Shown one piece after another: positions 8,522 through 17,830 of a DNA stretch of 64,000 bases. How positions within the stretch are numbered: the stretch's first letter is position 1; each line of letters begins with the position of its first letter. The stretch lies in NCBI GenBank assembly GCA_964526965.1, contig CAZGML010000002.1, forward strand, positions 1,506 through 65,505. Direction: 5' to 3'. The position numbers and the translations under genes are program-made. The DNA comes from an uncultured Sphaerobacteraceae bacterium. Its GTDB lineage: Bacteria > Chloroflexota > Chloroflexia > Thermomicrobiales > UBA6265. The notes under the pieces are model-generated. The model saw nothing but the letters and a program-made list of their open reading frames with translations, ran no database searches and was not told where the DNA came from.

Positions 8522-10360
8522 TTAGGATACCGGTTTCTCGTCGGACGCTACTGCGTGTAATGCTGCCTGGTAGCCCCAAACGTGGGCATTACCCAGGGTG
8601 GCACCACCGCCCCAGTAGGCGTTGACGCTGGTGGATGCAACTGCGTTTCCGGCACCGTACAGTCCGTCGATCGGGGTGTTGTCCCACCGGACGATCTGGC
8701 CGTGGTTGTTGATAACCGGGCCACCGTTCGTATCCACCGCCGCCGGGCTGGTGATGAAGGCGTAGTATGGGCCCTCGTCGCTCAACGGGTACATGGCAAC
8801 GTTCGGCTGGTCTGGCGAGGGGTACTCCTCCAGGTTGGCGGTCTGCGCCATCGGGCCGTACGGCACGTTGGTATCGTAGCCGCGCTCACCACGCTCGAAG
8901 TCTTCATCCACGCCGGTGGAGGCAAACTCATTGAATCTTGCGACTTCGTCGGCCAGGTTAGCGGCGAAGTTCTCGTGCAGTTCGAAGCTGCCGGTGACAT
9001 CGGAAAGCGATTCAACGCGCTCGGCAATGGCTTCAGCGAGCTCCTCAATGGTGTTTCCGCTCACGATGTATGGCGCCGTGGAGGGGTCGCTCGGCAGCGG
9101 GAAGCTTCCGCCCCAGTTGTCCTGCATGCGCTGGTCATACACGAAGAAGCCGAGTCGGTTGGTCCAGTCGCCTTCGTTTGGGTTGTAATCGAAGTGCGCC
9201 ATTGGGCGATCCTGGTAGCTGCGCTTCTCGTTTCCGAACCGGCGACCATTGCGGTTGACGATCATGAAGGAATCGCCGTTGAAGAACCAGGTGCAGTTGT
9301 AGGCGGCGCTGTTGGCAACCCCCTGCTCGAAGATGCTGGAGTTACGCCACACGTTCTGCAGGTTGCTGAGCTTGGCACCGAGCCTGGATGTGATGCGGAG
9401 CAGGTCGCCTTCGTTGGTGGGCGCCGAGCAGCCACCGAAGTACGGCAAGCCGACCAGGTTGTGCATCATGTCTTGGTTGCGGCCAAAGCCACCACTGCCG
9501 AAAATGACACCCTTGCGGGCGCGTACGGCGATCTTCGTCTCGGTTACCGGAGTGGCCTCTGGCGTGCCGGTCTCCGTGCTGCCGGAAGACGGCAGCACGG
9601 AGACCTCCACACCGATAATCTGGTCATCGGCGTTCACGATCACATTGTCGACGCGATGCAGCAGGTGCAGGTCAACACCTTGCTCTTCGATCCACGCCTG
9701 GTAGCCACCAATGAGCTCACCACCACCGCCGACGCCACCATCTTCCGTCTCCGGGTGGAGTGTGCGATGTGTTGGCTGCACGTTCTCTTCAAAGTGGTCC
9801 ATGTAGTCGATCTGAACCTGGTCGAAATTCGGACCGAAGTTCTGACCATAAATCCACTTGACGGCGCCAACCTCTTCCAGCAGCGCCGTGACTTCCGGCG
9901 AGACATCGACATAGGTCGAGATATTCTCATACACCTCTGCCGGCAGGCCGAGTGTCTCGTGGTTTGGGCTGTACAGGTGTGGGTAGGAGTAGCGAGCCAT
10001 GTACTTGATAACCTCCTCGCGGGGGTCGTCAATACCATCGGCCTGCATAAGGGAGCTGTTTGGGAACCAGGATCCGCCACCAGATGCGAGGGTGGTGCCG
10101 CCAGCGTAGGAACCCTTTTCGTACATCACAACATCCGCGCCCTGGTGCCGCGCGGTAATGGCGGCTGCAAACGCTGCACCGCCGGAGCCAACCACAACAA
10201 CGTCGTGCTCGGCGTCCCAGCCATCCTGTGCGGCGGCCTTCGATGCGGTGAAGGGCACCACGCCAAAGCCTGCTGTAGCGGCAGAGGCAGCGCCTACCCC
10301 GCTTGCTTTAAGAAACCCGCGACGCGATACACGCAAACGGGAATCAGACAAAACGCTCAT
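8522..10360 (-). CDS. Tat-exported FAD-dependent oxidoreductase, 3-ketosteroid dehydrogenase/FAD_binding_2-like (cassette 1)
   Basis: Tat motif SRRGFLK; DVVVVGSGGAA, GGTTLASGG, VIFGSGGF, DTNGGP and GLYGAGN...YWGGGATLG. AGGAG RBS before ATG 10360. Confidence 0.9.
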   Translation of the reverse strand: MSVLSDSRLRVSRRGFLKASGVGAASAATAGFGVVPFTASKAAAQDGWDAEHDVVVVGSGGAAFAAAITARHQGADVVMYEKGSYAGGTTLASGGGSWFPNSSLMQADGIDDPREEVIKYMARYSYPHLYSPNHETLGLPAEVYENISTYVDVSPEVTALLEEVGAVKWIYGQNFGPNFDQVQIDYMDHFEENVQPTHRTLHPETEDGGVGGGGELIGGYQAWIEEQGVDLHLLHRVDNVIVNADDQIIGVEVSVLPSSGSTETGTPEATPVTETKIAVRARKGVIFGSGGFGRNQDMMHNLVGLPYFGGCSAPTNEGDLLRITSRLGAKLSNLQNVWRNSSIFEQGVANSAAYNCTWFFNGDSFMIVNRNGRRFGNEKRSYQDRPMAHFDYNPNEGDWTNRLGFFVYDQRMQDNWGGSFPLPSDPSTAPYIVSGNTIEELAEAIAERVESLSDVTGSFELHENFAANLADEVARFNEFASTGVDEDFERGERGYDTNVPYGPMAQTANLEEYPSPDQPNVAMYPLSDEGPYYAFITSPAAVDTNGGPVINNHGQIVRWDNTPIDGLYGAGNAVASTSVNAYWGGGATLGNAHVWGYQAALHAVASDEKPVS

Positions 10361-10489
10361 TAATGTCTCCTGACATTTCAATTGCCCTGATCTGAATTAC
10401 GATATCCAGTCCAACCAGATGCTTGCTAAACGCAAATATAGTGATCAGGTGCAGCAATACCCATGACCTGGTGAAATAGATACCCTGAC

Positions 10490-10518
10490 AGCTTATGTAG
10501 GGGAAACCTCGATGTCAA
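10490..10518 (-). promoter_or_regulatory. sigma70-type promoter of cassette 1 with an operator in the spacer
   Basis: TTGACA-tcgaggtttcccctaca(17)-TAAGCT. Confidence 0.8.
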
Positions 10519-10645
10519 GGCAAAAAGTGATATCTGTCACGAATTGCCAGCAAGCTTGCTGAAAATCCACGTTTGAGAGCTCAGGCGCACCCGACTCTCA
10601 ACTCCCGCGTTGACCTGAAAGTCTGATCGACAGCCTTATAAAAGC

Positions 10646-10703
10646 GAACAACTCCACTGAGGTTGGGCTGAGTACATCAGCCTCATCCTCAGGGGAGTTG
10701 TTC
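10646..10703. terminator. Long stem-loop downstream of the substrate-binding protein gene
   Basis: GAACAACTCC..CTGAGG...CCTCAG..GGAGTTGTTC inverted repeat. Confidence 0.55.
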
Positions 10704-10753
10704 TCTATGGACGATTCGTTATCCAACGCAAAGAACGTTGGATCGGTTGTGAC

Positions 10754-12601
10754 TTAACTATCCGCGTAGTTCCAGTTTGCGATGTTCCAGTAGTCGTACG
10801 AGAAGGCCGCCAGGGAGATGTTCTCCTCTCGCAGCTGGTTGCTCATACCGCGTGGAGTGCCGACCAGAATGAGCGGAACGAGTACGTGTTCGTTGATGAG
10901 GTGATCGTTCATCTGAATAAAGAGGTCGGCCAGCGCATCGGCATCGGTTTCCTGCAGGGCCGCTTCGTACAGGGCGTCATACTCCTCCGAAATGTAGCGG
11001 CTGTTGTTGGATCCAGACCATCCGTTGCTTTCCTGCGCGACATTGCTGGCATCCTCGCCGGAATACCAGTTGGACATGAACGAGATCGGGCGCGGCGAAT
11101 CCGGCACCGATTTGTACATGCACATGTCCCAGAAGAAATGGTTGATGTTCTGGTCGTTCCCGGCTGATCCATCGTAGAACATGCCCGGGTCAATCGACTC
11201 CAGCAGGATCTTAAAGCCGATGTCTTCGAGGTTCGCCATCACCACAGATTGGGTTTTCTGGCTTATTGCGTTGGTTTCGGTGGCATAGGTCAGTTCGAGG
11301 GCAACGCCGTCCTTCTTGCGCACATCGCCATCCATCACCCAGCCGGCGTCCTCCAATACCTGTCGGGCACGCTCCGGATCAAAGACGTACTCGGTGTTTT
11401 CGGAGTAGGTGGCCGGGTCTCCCTGCACGATATTCACCGCCACCGACATATCGTCGCCGTAGAACTGATCGCGAATGATCTGGCGATTGATCGCGTAGCT
11501 GATCGCTTCGCGTACGGCCGGATCGCTCAGGCGCGGGTTCGGCGTGTTCATCTCGGCTCTCTGGCCATCGACTTCTGTATGAGGATCAGCGAACTGGAAA
11601 TTGAGGCGTTCCACCGTAGCCGCCCCGAAAGGAATTGTGCGACCCGGCGAATCCTCTCCCTGCATCTCCTGCAAGATCTCGAATTCCGTCTGCAGGTACC
11701 AGGCGTAGTCGTACTCGCCTGTCTGGATCACCGCACGAGCTGCGGCAGCGGGATCGCCACCTCCCTTGAGGTAGATGCTGCTGAAGAACGGTTTGTTCGG
11801 CTCGCGATAGTGCTCATTGATCACGTATCGCACCTCATCGTTCGGCGTGAACGATTCCACCATGTACGGCCCAGTACCTACGGGACTGGAGAGGAACGCA
11901 TCATGCGCTTCCGGCCCAGCCTCCAGGATGTGCTTCGGATAGAGATATCCGGAGGATGTTCCGGCAAATGGCGTCATCCAGAATGGATTCGGCGCTGAGA
12001 ACGTGACCGTCGCCGTGAGTTCATCCACCACCTCCACGCTCTCAATCGCTTCGAATTGCGAATAGCTGGTGGCAGAGTTGTCCTTGTCCAGCACCCACTC
12101 GATCGTGAATTTGATGTCCTCTGCAGTCACCGGCGTACCGTCGTTCCAGAGCAGGTCTGGCAACAGTTCGAGCGTGACCTGTGTGAGGTCCTCATTGAGC
12201 ATGCCGTTTTCCTGCGTTGGCACCTGCGTAATGAGGTTGGGATACATTTGCGCATCGGTGAGGTAGTGGATCAGTGGCTCCACCACCGGCAGGGCAGCGA
12301 GATAATCCTTCACGCCGGTGGAGACGTGCGGACTGAGCTGCGTCGGGGCTTGCCACTGGATGATGTTGAGCTCGGGTCCGGCACCACGCTCCTGGTTTTC
12401 CGTGCCAAAGTCCGGCCGCTTTGGTGCATCTGCCGGTGTGGCATCCGGAGTGGACTGGGCCGCCGTTGCCCGATCAGCGAGAAAGCTGATTGAGGCGGCG
12501 CTCAGGCCGAGAGCCGTTGCCTGTCGCACGAATGCACGACGAGAGATATCGCCCCGCACGAATGCATCGAAAATAGTTCGGAGATGATTTCGGTCAGCCA
12601 C
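10754..12601 (-). CDS. Peptide/nickel ABC transporter substrate-binding protein (family 5), Tat-type signal, orphan
   Basis: ISRRAFV; WNDGTPVTAEDIKFT, PVGTGPY and LSDPAVREAISYAINR. Confidence 0.93.
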   Translation of the reverse strand: MADRNHLRTIFDAFVRGDISRRAFVRQATALGLSAASISFLADRATAAQSTPDATPADAPKRPDFGTENQERGAGPELNIIQWQAPTQLSPHVSTGVKDYLAALPVVEPLIHYLTDAQMYPNLITQVPTQENGMLNEDLTQVTLELLPDLLWNDGTPVTAEDIKFTIEWVLDKDNSATSYSQFEAIESVEVVDELTATVTFSAPNPFWMTPFAGTSSGYLYPKHILEAGPEAHDAFLSSPVGTGPYMVESFTPNDEVRYVINEHYREPNKPFFSSIYLKGGGDPAAAARAVIQTGEYDYAWYLQTEFEILQEMQGEDSPGRTIPFGAATVERLNFQFADPHTEVDGQRAEMNTPNPRLSDPAVREAISYAINRQIIRDQFYGDDMSVAVNIVQGDPATYSENTEYVFDPERARQVLEDAGWVMDGDVRKKDGVALELTYATETNAISQKTQSVVMANLEDIGFKILLESIDPGMFYDGSAGNDQNINHFFWDMCMYKSVPDSPRPISFMSNWYSGEDASNVAQESNGWSGSNNSRYISEEYDALYEAALQETDADALADLFIQMNDHLINEHVLVPLILVGTPRGMSNQLREENISLAAFSYDYWNIANWNYADS

Positions 12602-12755
12602 TGTTCCGTCCCTTCGCTGTAAGTCCTGCTAATAGAAACCTCGTCGGAATTCGGGATATCGGCGTGGATTGGGTCATCTTCGTTGACGATGCACTCATGC
12701 TAGGCGCAGCGCGCATTATTGGCAATAGCGTGGCTCCTGGCCTGGTTAACGCTAC

Positions 12756-13715
12756 CTACGCGTATTTCGGCAGGATCTCCTGTTTGGCCATGTCGAGGAA
12801 GTTCTCCTGGTCCGGGCCGATCTGGTGCAGGTAGATATGCGTGAATCCAGCGTCGATATAAGTCTGGATTTGCTGATGGATCTTGTCGACGTCTGGACCG
12901 CACGTGATTTTCTCCGCGACGAGGTCCGGCGTCGCGAACGATTTAATCGCCTCCTGGTAGTGCTTGGGAAGCGAAAGCTCCTGCGAGGTTTGCCCGCCCA
13001 GGATCGAGTGACCCCAATACTGGAGCGCGGTTTCTTTGGCCTGCTGTTCGTCCTCGCCATAGCAGAGATGAATCTGCCCGTAGGCCGGTTTGCCCTCACC
13101 GCCAGCAGCGCGGAACGCATCAACCGCTTCCTTGTTGGGGGCCGTTGAAACGATGGCGTCACCGATCTTTCCGGCGATCGTCGCGCTTTCCGGGCCGGTA
13201 GCGCTGATGATTACCGGCGGAAGCTCTTTCGGCAAGGTGTAGAGCTTCGCGTTGTGCACGGTGTAGTACTCGCCTTCCACCGTGGTGTAGTTGCCTTCCC
13301 ACAGTTCGCGGATGATCTCCAGCGATTCTTTCATCATCGCCTGGCGCACCGAGACCGGAGGCCAAACCTTGCCCGTGATGTGCTCGTTGAGCGCCTCACC
13401 AGTGCCGATACCGAAGCTGAATCGGCCGGGCATCATATCGGCGACCGTCGCAGCGGCCTGTGCCATGATCGTTGGATGATAATGATGACTCAGTGGAGTC
13501 ACGCCGGTCATGATCGGGATTTTTGACGTGCGGGTTGCGATGCCACCAAGCACACTCCACACGAACGGACTGTGCCCCTGCGAATCCATCCAGGGATGGA
13601 AGTGATCGGAAATGCTGGCGAAATCGAAGCCGGTCTCCTCGGCTTTTACCGCGTGGTCGATCAGTTCTGTGCCGTTGAATTCTTCCGAAGAAAGTGTGTA
13701 GCCAATCTGAACCAT
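12756..13715 (-). CDS. F420-dependent LLM-class oxidoreductase (G6PDH-like family)
   Basis: GYTLSSEE, ISDHFHPW, GHSPFVWSVLG, AQAAAT and GIGTGEALNEHI. Confidence 0.9.
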   Translation of the reverse strand: MVQIGYTLSSEEFNGTELIDHAVKAEETGFDFASISDHFHPWMDSQGHSPFVWSVLGGIATRTSKIPIMTGVTPLSHHYHPTIMAQAAATVADMMPGRFSFGIGTGEALNEHITGKVWPPVSVRQAMMKESLEIIRELWEGNYTTVEGEYYTVHNAKLYTLPKELPPVIISATGPESATIAGKIGDAIVSTAPNKEAVDAFRAAGGEGKPAYGQIHLCYGEDEQQAKETALQYWGHSILGGQTSQELSLPKHYQEAIKSFATPDLVAEKITCGPDVDKIHQQIQTYIDAGFTHIYLHQIGPDQENFLDMAKQEILPKYA

Positions 13716-13780
13716 AGGTAATATTCCTTCCTGTGGAGCGAGGCGATGATTGCCGCCGCCTACCGTTTGGGAAGGTGAAA

Positions 13781-13797
13781 TGCCATTTTCGTGCCAA
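13781..13797 (-). promoter_or_regulatory. Putative sigma54 -24/-12 promoter
   Basis: TTGGCACG-AAAA-TGGCA about 66 bp upstream of the LLM gene; GG-N10-GC spacing is correct. Confidence 0.55.
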
Positions 13798-13812
13798 GGA
13801 GATGGATGGTAG

Positions 13813-14298
13813 TTAGGACCCGATTGGCTTCGCAGCCAGCTTTTTGATCAGCCCGTGCAAGACATTAACGCTGTTTTGAAGCTCGATAAGTGTTTCGTGA
13901 TCCAGATCAGACATTGCTTCCTGAATGGCTGTGGTGTACAGGTTCTCGATGTATTTGCTGGCCTGTACGCCTTTTGGGGTGAGCGAGAGGAGTTGGCGTC
14001 GGCGGTCTTCGGTGGACGTGATTCGCTCGATCAGGCCGAGATGAACCAGGTGATCGCTTGCGCGGGTGATGACGCTGTCTTGAACGCCTATTTCGGCAGC
14101 GATGACGGAGGTTGTATTGTGATTCAACTTTCCGTCTACTGTGCCTTTGCGAAGAATCCACATAATGCTGGTTTGGCGGTATCCAATGCGGCCGTAAGGC
14201 GTATCCACCTCGCTCAGGTAGGCCGCCCACGATCCCCAACGAGGTAGCGTTGTAACCATTGCCAGTGCAAGTTCGGATCGGGAGACGTTGTCAGTCAT
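13813..14298 (-). CDS. MarR family regulator (cassette 2)
   Basis: Paralog of 7244-7759 (LPxWG.WA, TPYG.IG.RQ.SI.W.LRK, EDRRR). Confidence 0.92.
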   Translation of the reverse strand: MTDNVSRSELALAMVTTLPRWGSWAAYLSEVDTPYGRIGYRQTSIMWILRKGTVDGKLNHNTTSVIAAEIGVQDSVITRASDHLVHLGLIERITSTEDRRRQLLSLTPKGVQASKYIENLYTTAIQEAMSDLDHETLIELQNSVNVLHGLIKKLAAKPIGS

Positions 14299-14323
14299 TG
14301 GTCACTACCTACATGAACGAGCT

Positions 14324-14986
14324 CTATTTCGGCGAAGGTGCAAGCCTACGCGTTTCGTTGGCTTCGATCCATTTGGCAAGAACCTGTGTGTCGGCGGGGT
14401 CCTCTATAGCGGGATGTGTATCCACGCGGGCACCCCACTCAGAGAGCTGTGAGACCAACGAATCGCCTTCCAGCACACGAAGTTTACCCGTTTCAACCGG
14501 GTTGATGAGCAGGATGGGAAGATTATTGACTGGAGCGAGTGGTGGATCCCAGCCCCCGACCACTGGCAGGAACGCATCGATAGCGATAACGCCGCTGAGG
14601 AGATCGGGCACTGCCAGTGCTGCAGCGATTGCCATGATGCCACCCTGTCCGATACCCACCAAATACGGCAACTCGGGCTCGGTTTCACCGGAGCGATCGA
14701 TGACATCCCACAGGAAGCGTTCGATTTCTTGCAGTGAATCACCGAAGAAGCTTGGAGAAGGAGCCGTATTCGGGCCGAGGAACCACGTGTATCCGACGAT
14801 GTCTCTCATCACGAACACACCCTTGTAGGATTCGAGTGCGATCACCCTGCCATCGGGTGTGGCTGTTTTTCCCCAGGCGGCTACATCTGGACCGAACTGA
14901 TTGTGATCGTGAAGTGTGATCACCAGGGGCGTGCCGGTGCCGGCCTGGATATTTGAGTAGATGAGTTGACTGAGCGGTCTGGGCAC
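14324..14986 (-). CDS. Alpha/beta-hydrolase-fold protein lacking the catalytic triad (cassette 2)
   Basis: Close paralog of 7801-8460 with the same LHDHNQF and YLVGIGQGGIMA motifs. Confidence 0.8.
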   Translation of the reverse strand: MPRPLSQLIYSNIQAGTGTPLVITLHDHNQFGPDVAAWGKTATPDGRVIALESYKGVFVMRDIVGYTWFLGPNTAPSPSFFGDSLQEIERFLWDVIDRSGETEPELPYLVGIGQGGIMAIAAALAVPDLLSGVIAIDAFLPVVGGWDPPLAPVNNLPILLINPVETGKLRVLEGDSLVSQLSEWGARVDTHPAIEDPADTQVLAKWIEANETRRLAPSPK

Positions 14987-15000
14987 GTGGGTTCTCCGGT

Positions 15001-15026
15001 GGAGGGCACCTCCGACGGTGCCCTCC
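15001..15026. other. Intergenic stem-loop, positional homolog of the 8483-8507 hairpin
   Basis: GGAGGGCACC-tccgac-GGTGCCCTCC; no U-tract on the minus strand. Confidence 0.65.
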
Positions 15027-15035
15027 GGAACGAAA

Positions 15036-16865
15036 CTAATCTGTCGACTTTTCTTCTGAAGCTACAGCATGTATTGCAGCCTGGTAGCCCCAAACGTGGG
15101 CGTTACCGAGCGTCATGCCCGCGCCCCAGTATGCATTGTAGCCAGGGCTGGCTACAGCGTTACCGGCCCCGTAAAGGCCTTCGATGGCCGAGCCATCCCA
15201 GCGAATGATTTGGCCATCTGCGTTGATCACCGGACCTCCACTGGTGTCCACAGCAGCGGCTGTCATGATGAACGCATAGTATGGGCCTTCGCTGGAAAGC
15301 GGATACATGGCCGGAGTCGGCTGGTCTTCGCTTGGGTACGGATCGAGGTTCGCGGTGGGTGCCAACGGCCCCCATGGAACCAGCTCGTCGTAACCGAATT
15401 CGCCACGCTGGAAGTCTTCGTCTACACCGGTAGCGGCGAATCCATTGAACCTCTCGACTTCGGCGATGAGGTTTTCGGTGAAGTTATCGGCAAGTGAGAA
15501 ATCACCGGTCACCGGAGCGAGTTCTGCCAGCCGCTCTTCGATCTTGGTGGCCAGTTCCTCGAGCGAGTCTGCCTTCATTACATACGGTGCGGTGTCCGGA
15601 TCACTGCTGAGGGGGAAGAATCCACCCCAGTTGTCCTGCTGTCGCTGATCGTGGATGTAGAAGCTCAGGCGATTGGTCCATCCGGCGTTGTTCGCATCCC
15701 AATCAAGATGGGCCATGCTGCGATCCTGATAGTTTCGCTTTTCGTTGACGAAGCGCTTGCCGTTCTTGTTGACCTGGAGGAACGAGTCGCCCTGCAGGAA
15801 GAACGTGCAGTTGTAGCTGTCGGCACTGGCGACTGCCTGCTCAAACACACTCTGGTTATTCCATACCTGGTGCATGCTGTTGAGCTTTGCGCCAACCGTG
15901 GTGGCCATATGCACGAAGTCACCTTCGTTGGTGGGTGCGCTGCAGCCACCGCGGTAGGGGAACGGCATAAGGTTGTGCATCATGTCCTGGTTCTTGGCGA
16001 AGCCGCCTGATCCGAAGATAACGCCCTTGCGTGCGCGAATCATCAGTTTGGTTTCGCCGCTTTCGGTCACCGGGGTAGCCTGTGGTGTGCCAGTATCGCC
16101 CTCGGAGAGAACAGTGACTTCGACACCAATGATCTCGCCGGTACTGTTGACTACAAGCTGGCTCACCTTGTGGAGCAGATTGATTTCGATGCCGTTCTCT
16201 TCCGCCCAGGCCTGGTAGTCGCCAATCATTTGGCCGCCACCGCCCTGACCACCATCCCCAGTGTCGGGATGTACAGTGCGATACCTGGGAGCCACGTTTT
16301 CTTCGTAGTGGTCCATGTAGTCGACCTGGATTTCGTCCTGGGCTGGACCGTTATTTCCGCCGTAGACCCAGGAGGTGGCGCCGATATCCTGCAACATGGT
16401 CGAGACTTCGCCCGATACGTCGTAGTAGGTGTTGAGCATGTCAAAGTCATGCTGTGGCAGGCCCAGTGTCTCGTGGTCCGGGTTGTAGAGGGCCGGGAAC
16501 GAGTAGCGCGCCATATATTTCAGGGCGTCTTCTTTTGGGTCCTCGTGGCCATCGGCCTGCATGAGTACGTTGTTGGGGAACCATACGCCTGCACCAGAGG
16601 CGATAGTGGTGCCGCCTACGTAGGCGCCCTTTTCGAACATTGCTACATCAGCACCAGCGTTCCTGGCTGTGATGGCCGCAGCAAAGGCCGCACCACCGGA
16701 ACCGACCACGACGATATCGTGCTCAGCATCCCAGGAACCCTGAGCCGCTGCAGATTGGGCGAACGGTACTACACCGATACTGCCTGCCATACTCGCGGCA
16801 CCAACACCACTGGCTTTAAGGAAACCGCGACGGGATACGCGTAATCGTTCTTCACGATTAATCAT
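15036..16865 (-). CDS. Tat-exported FAD-dependent oxidoreductase, KsdD/FAD_binding_2-like (cassette 2)
   Basis: SRRGFLK plus the same FAD motifs as 8522-10360. Start at ATG 16865 behind GAAGGA. Confidence 0.9.
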   Translation of the reverse strand: MINREERLRVSRRGFLKASGVGAASMAGSIGVVPFAQSAAAQGSWDAEHDIVVVGSGGAAFAAAITARNAGADVAMFEKGAYVGGTTIASGAGVWFPNNVLMQADGHEDPKEDALKYMARYSFPALYNPDHETLGLPQHDFDMLNTYYDVSGEVSTMLQDIGATSWVYGGNNGPAQDEIQVDYMDHYEENVAPRYRTVHPDTGDGGQGGGGQMIGDYQAWAEENGIEINLLHKVSQLVVNSTGEIIGVEVTVLSEGDTGTPQATPVTESGETKLMIRARKGVIFGSGGFAKNQDMMHNLMPFPYRGGCSAPTNEGDFVHMATTVGAKLNSMHQVWNNQSVFEQAVASADSYNCTFFLQGDSFLQVNKNGKRFVNEKRNYQDRSMAHLDWDANNAGWTNRLSFYIHDQRQQDNWGGFFPLSSDPDTAPYVMKADSLEELATKIEERLAELAPVTGDFSLADNFTENLIAEVERFNGFAATGVDEDFQRGEFGYDELVPWGPLAPTANLDPYPSEDQPTPAMYPLSSEGPYYAFIMTAAAVDTSGGPVINADGQIIRWDGSAIEGLYGAGNAVASPGYNAYWGAGMTLGNAHVWGYQAAIHAVASEEKSTD

Positions 16866-17008
16866 TCTGGAAAATCCTTCGATTAGGTTACGTTGCCGAC
16901 AACATCTCATCGCCGCTTCTGCAGCTGCACCATGGTCGGCAACCGTCGGCACATGGGCATTGCGTGATGTCGTCAATGTTTGATGACATCAATGAAAATA
17001 CCTCACTA

Positions 17009-17037
17009 ACTGTAGGGGCTTCCCCGACATTGTGCAA
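17009..17037 (-). promoter_or_regulatory. sigma70-type promoter of cassette 2 with an operator in the spacer
   Basis: TTGCAC-aatgtcggggaagcccc(17)-TACAGT. Confidence 0.7.
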
Positions 17038-17281
17038 GCTTCTGTAGTGCAATGGGGCTATGACGTGCCTTTATATAGAACGCGGCGGACGTTTCGATTC
17101 GCCCTTTAAATGCGATGGATGCGGGGCGCCCTACTCCCGCATTCCAGAGCTGCGCACCAACAGATTGAACAAATTGGTCAGGATGTGGCGCGGAGCGTGC
17201 GAATGCCTGTTGCTACCCGCCTATTCGCGTGATTGAATGACAAAACACATGAACATGGTTCATACGCAGGAGGTAGACGTC

Positions 17282-17800
17282 ATGGAACAGGTCGGCAAAT
17301 CCGAAAGATTGCAGGCTGCGAGCACACTTAATCGTCGAGCGATGCTCGCCGGAACAGCGGCGACGGCTGTAGCGGTGGCAACACATTCTGTGGCAGCGCA
17401 GGGCACGCCGGAAGCCACTCCACAGGTCGATGGTGAGCTGGATTTTGATCGTGTGATGTTGGTTTCCGCCAACCTGTGTGGTGGAGCGAGGTTGAACGGG
17501 GACATCGCCGGACCGCTGATCGAGAAGCTGAATAGCGATCCAGCCCTGGTTGCGCCATTTGAAGAGCTCGAATCAGTCGACGAGTTCACCGAGGAGGCAA
17601 TGGAAAACGTCTCGGAGGAGGCGAACAGGCTGGCAACCAACATCCTCCAGTACTGGTTCCTTGGTCGCTACGATGGCGAGCTCGTGGAAAATCGGGCCGA
17701 GATCTTCTTTGATCTCGCCTGTTGGCAGACACTCCCCTATTCCACCGCGCCCAGTACGTGCAAGAGCTTCGGTTATTGGGCCGAGGACATCGAACTGTAA
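17282..17800 (+). CDS. Sugar/sorbitol dehydrogenase small (gamma) subunit-like protein, Tat signal
   Basis: LNRRAML; ILQYWFLG and STAPSTCKSFGYW; directly upstream of the GMC flavoprotein; AGGAGG RBS. Confidence 0.8.
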   Translation: MEQVGKSERLQAASTLNRRAMLAGTAATAVAVATHSVAAQGTPEATPQVDGELDFDRVMLVSANLCGGARLNGDIAGPLIEKLNSDPALVAPFEELESVDEFTEEAMENVSEEANRLATNILQYWFLGRYDGELVENRAEIFFDLACWQTLPYSTAPSTCKSFGYWAEDIEL

Positions 17801-17830
17801 GCAGCTACCATTTGAATCCGGAGGTCCATC

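Noticed and set aside
8582-10363. 593-aa plus-strand ORF, and similar long antisense ORFs (29263-30408, 39943-41013, 5933-6820)
   Set aside because: Mirror frames of well-supported genes with strong codon bias; no motifs recognised.
17249-17263. ATGAAC-ATG-GTTCAT as a LexA box
   Set aside because: The spacer is 3 nt rather than 4; it may be another operator but is unsupported.
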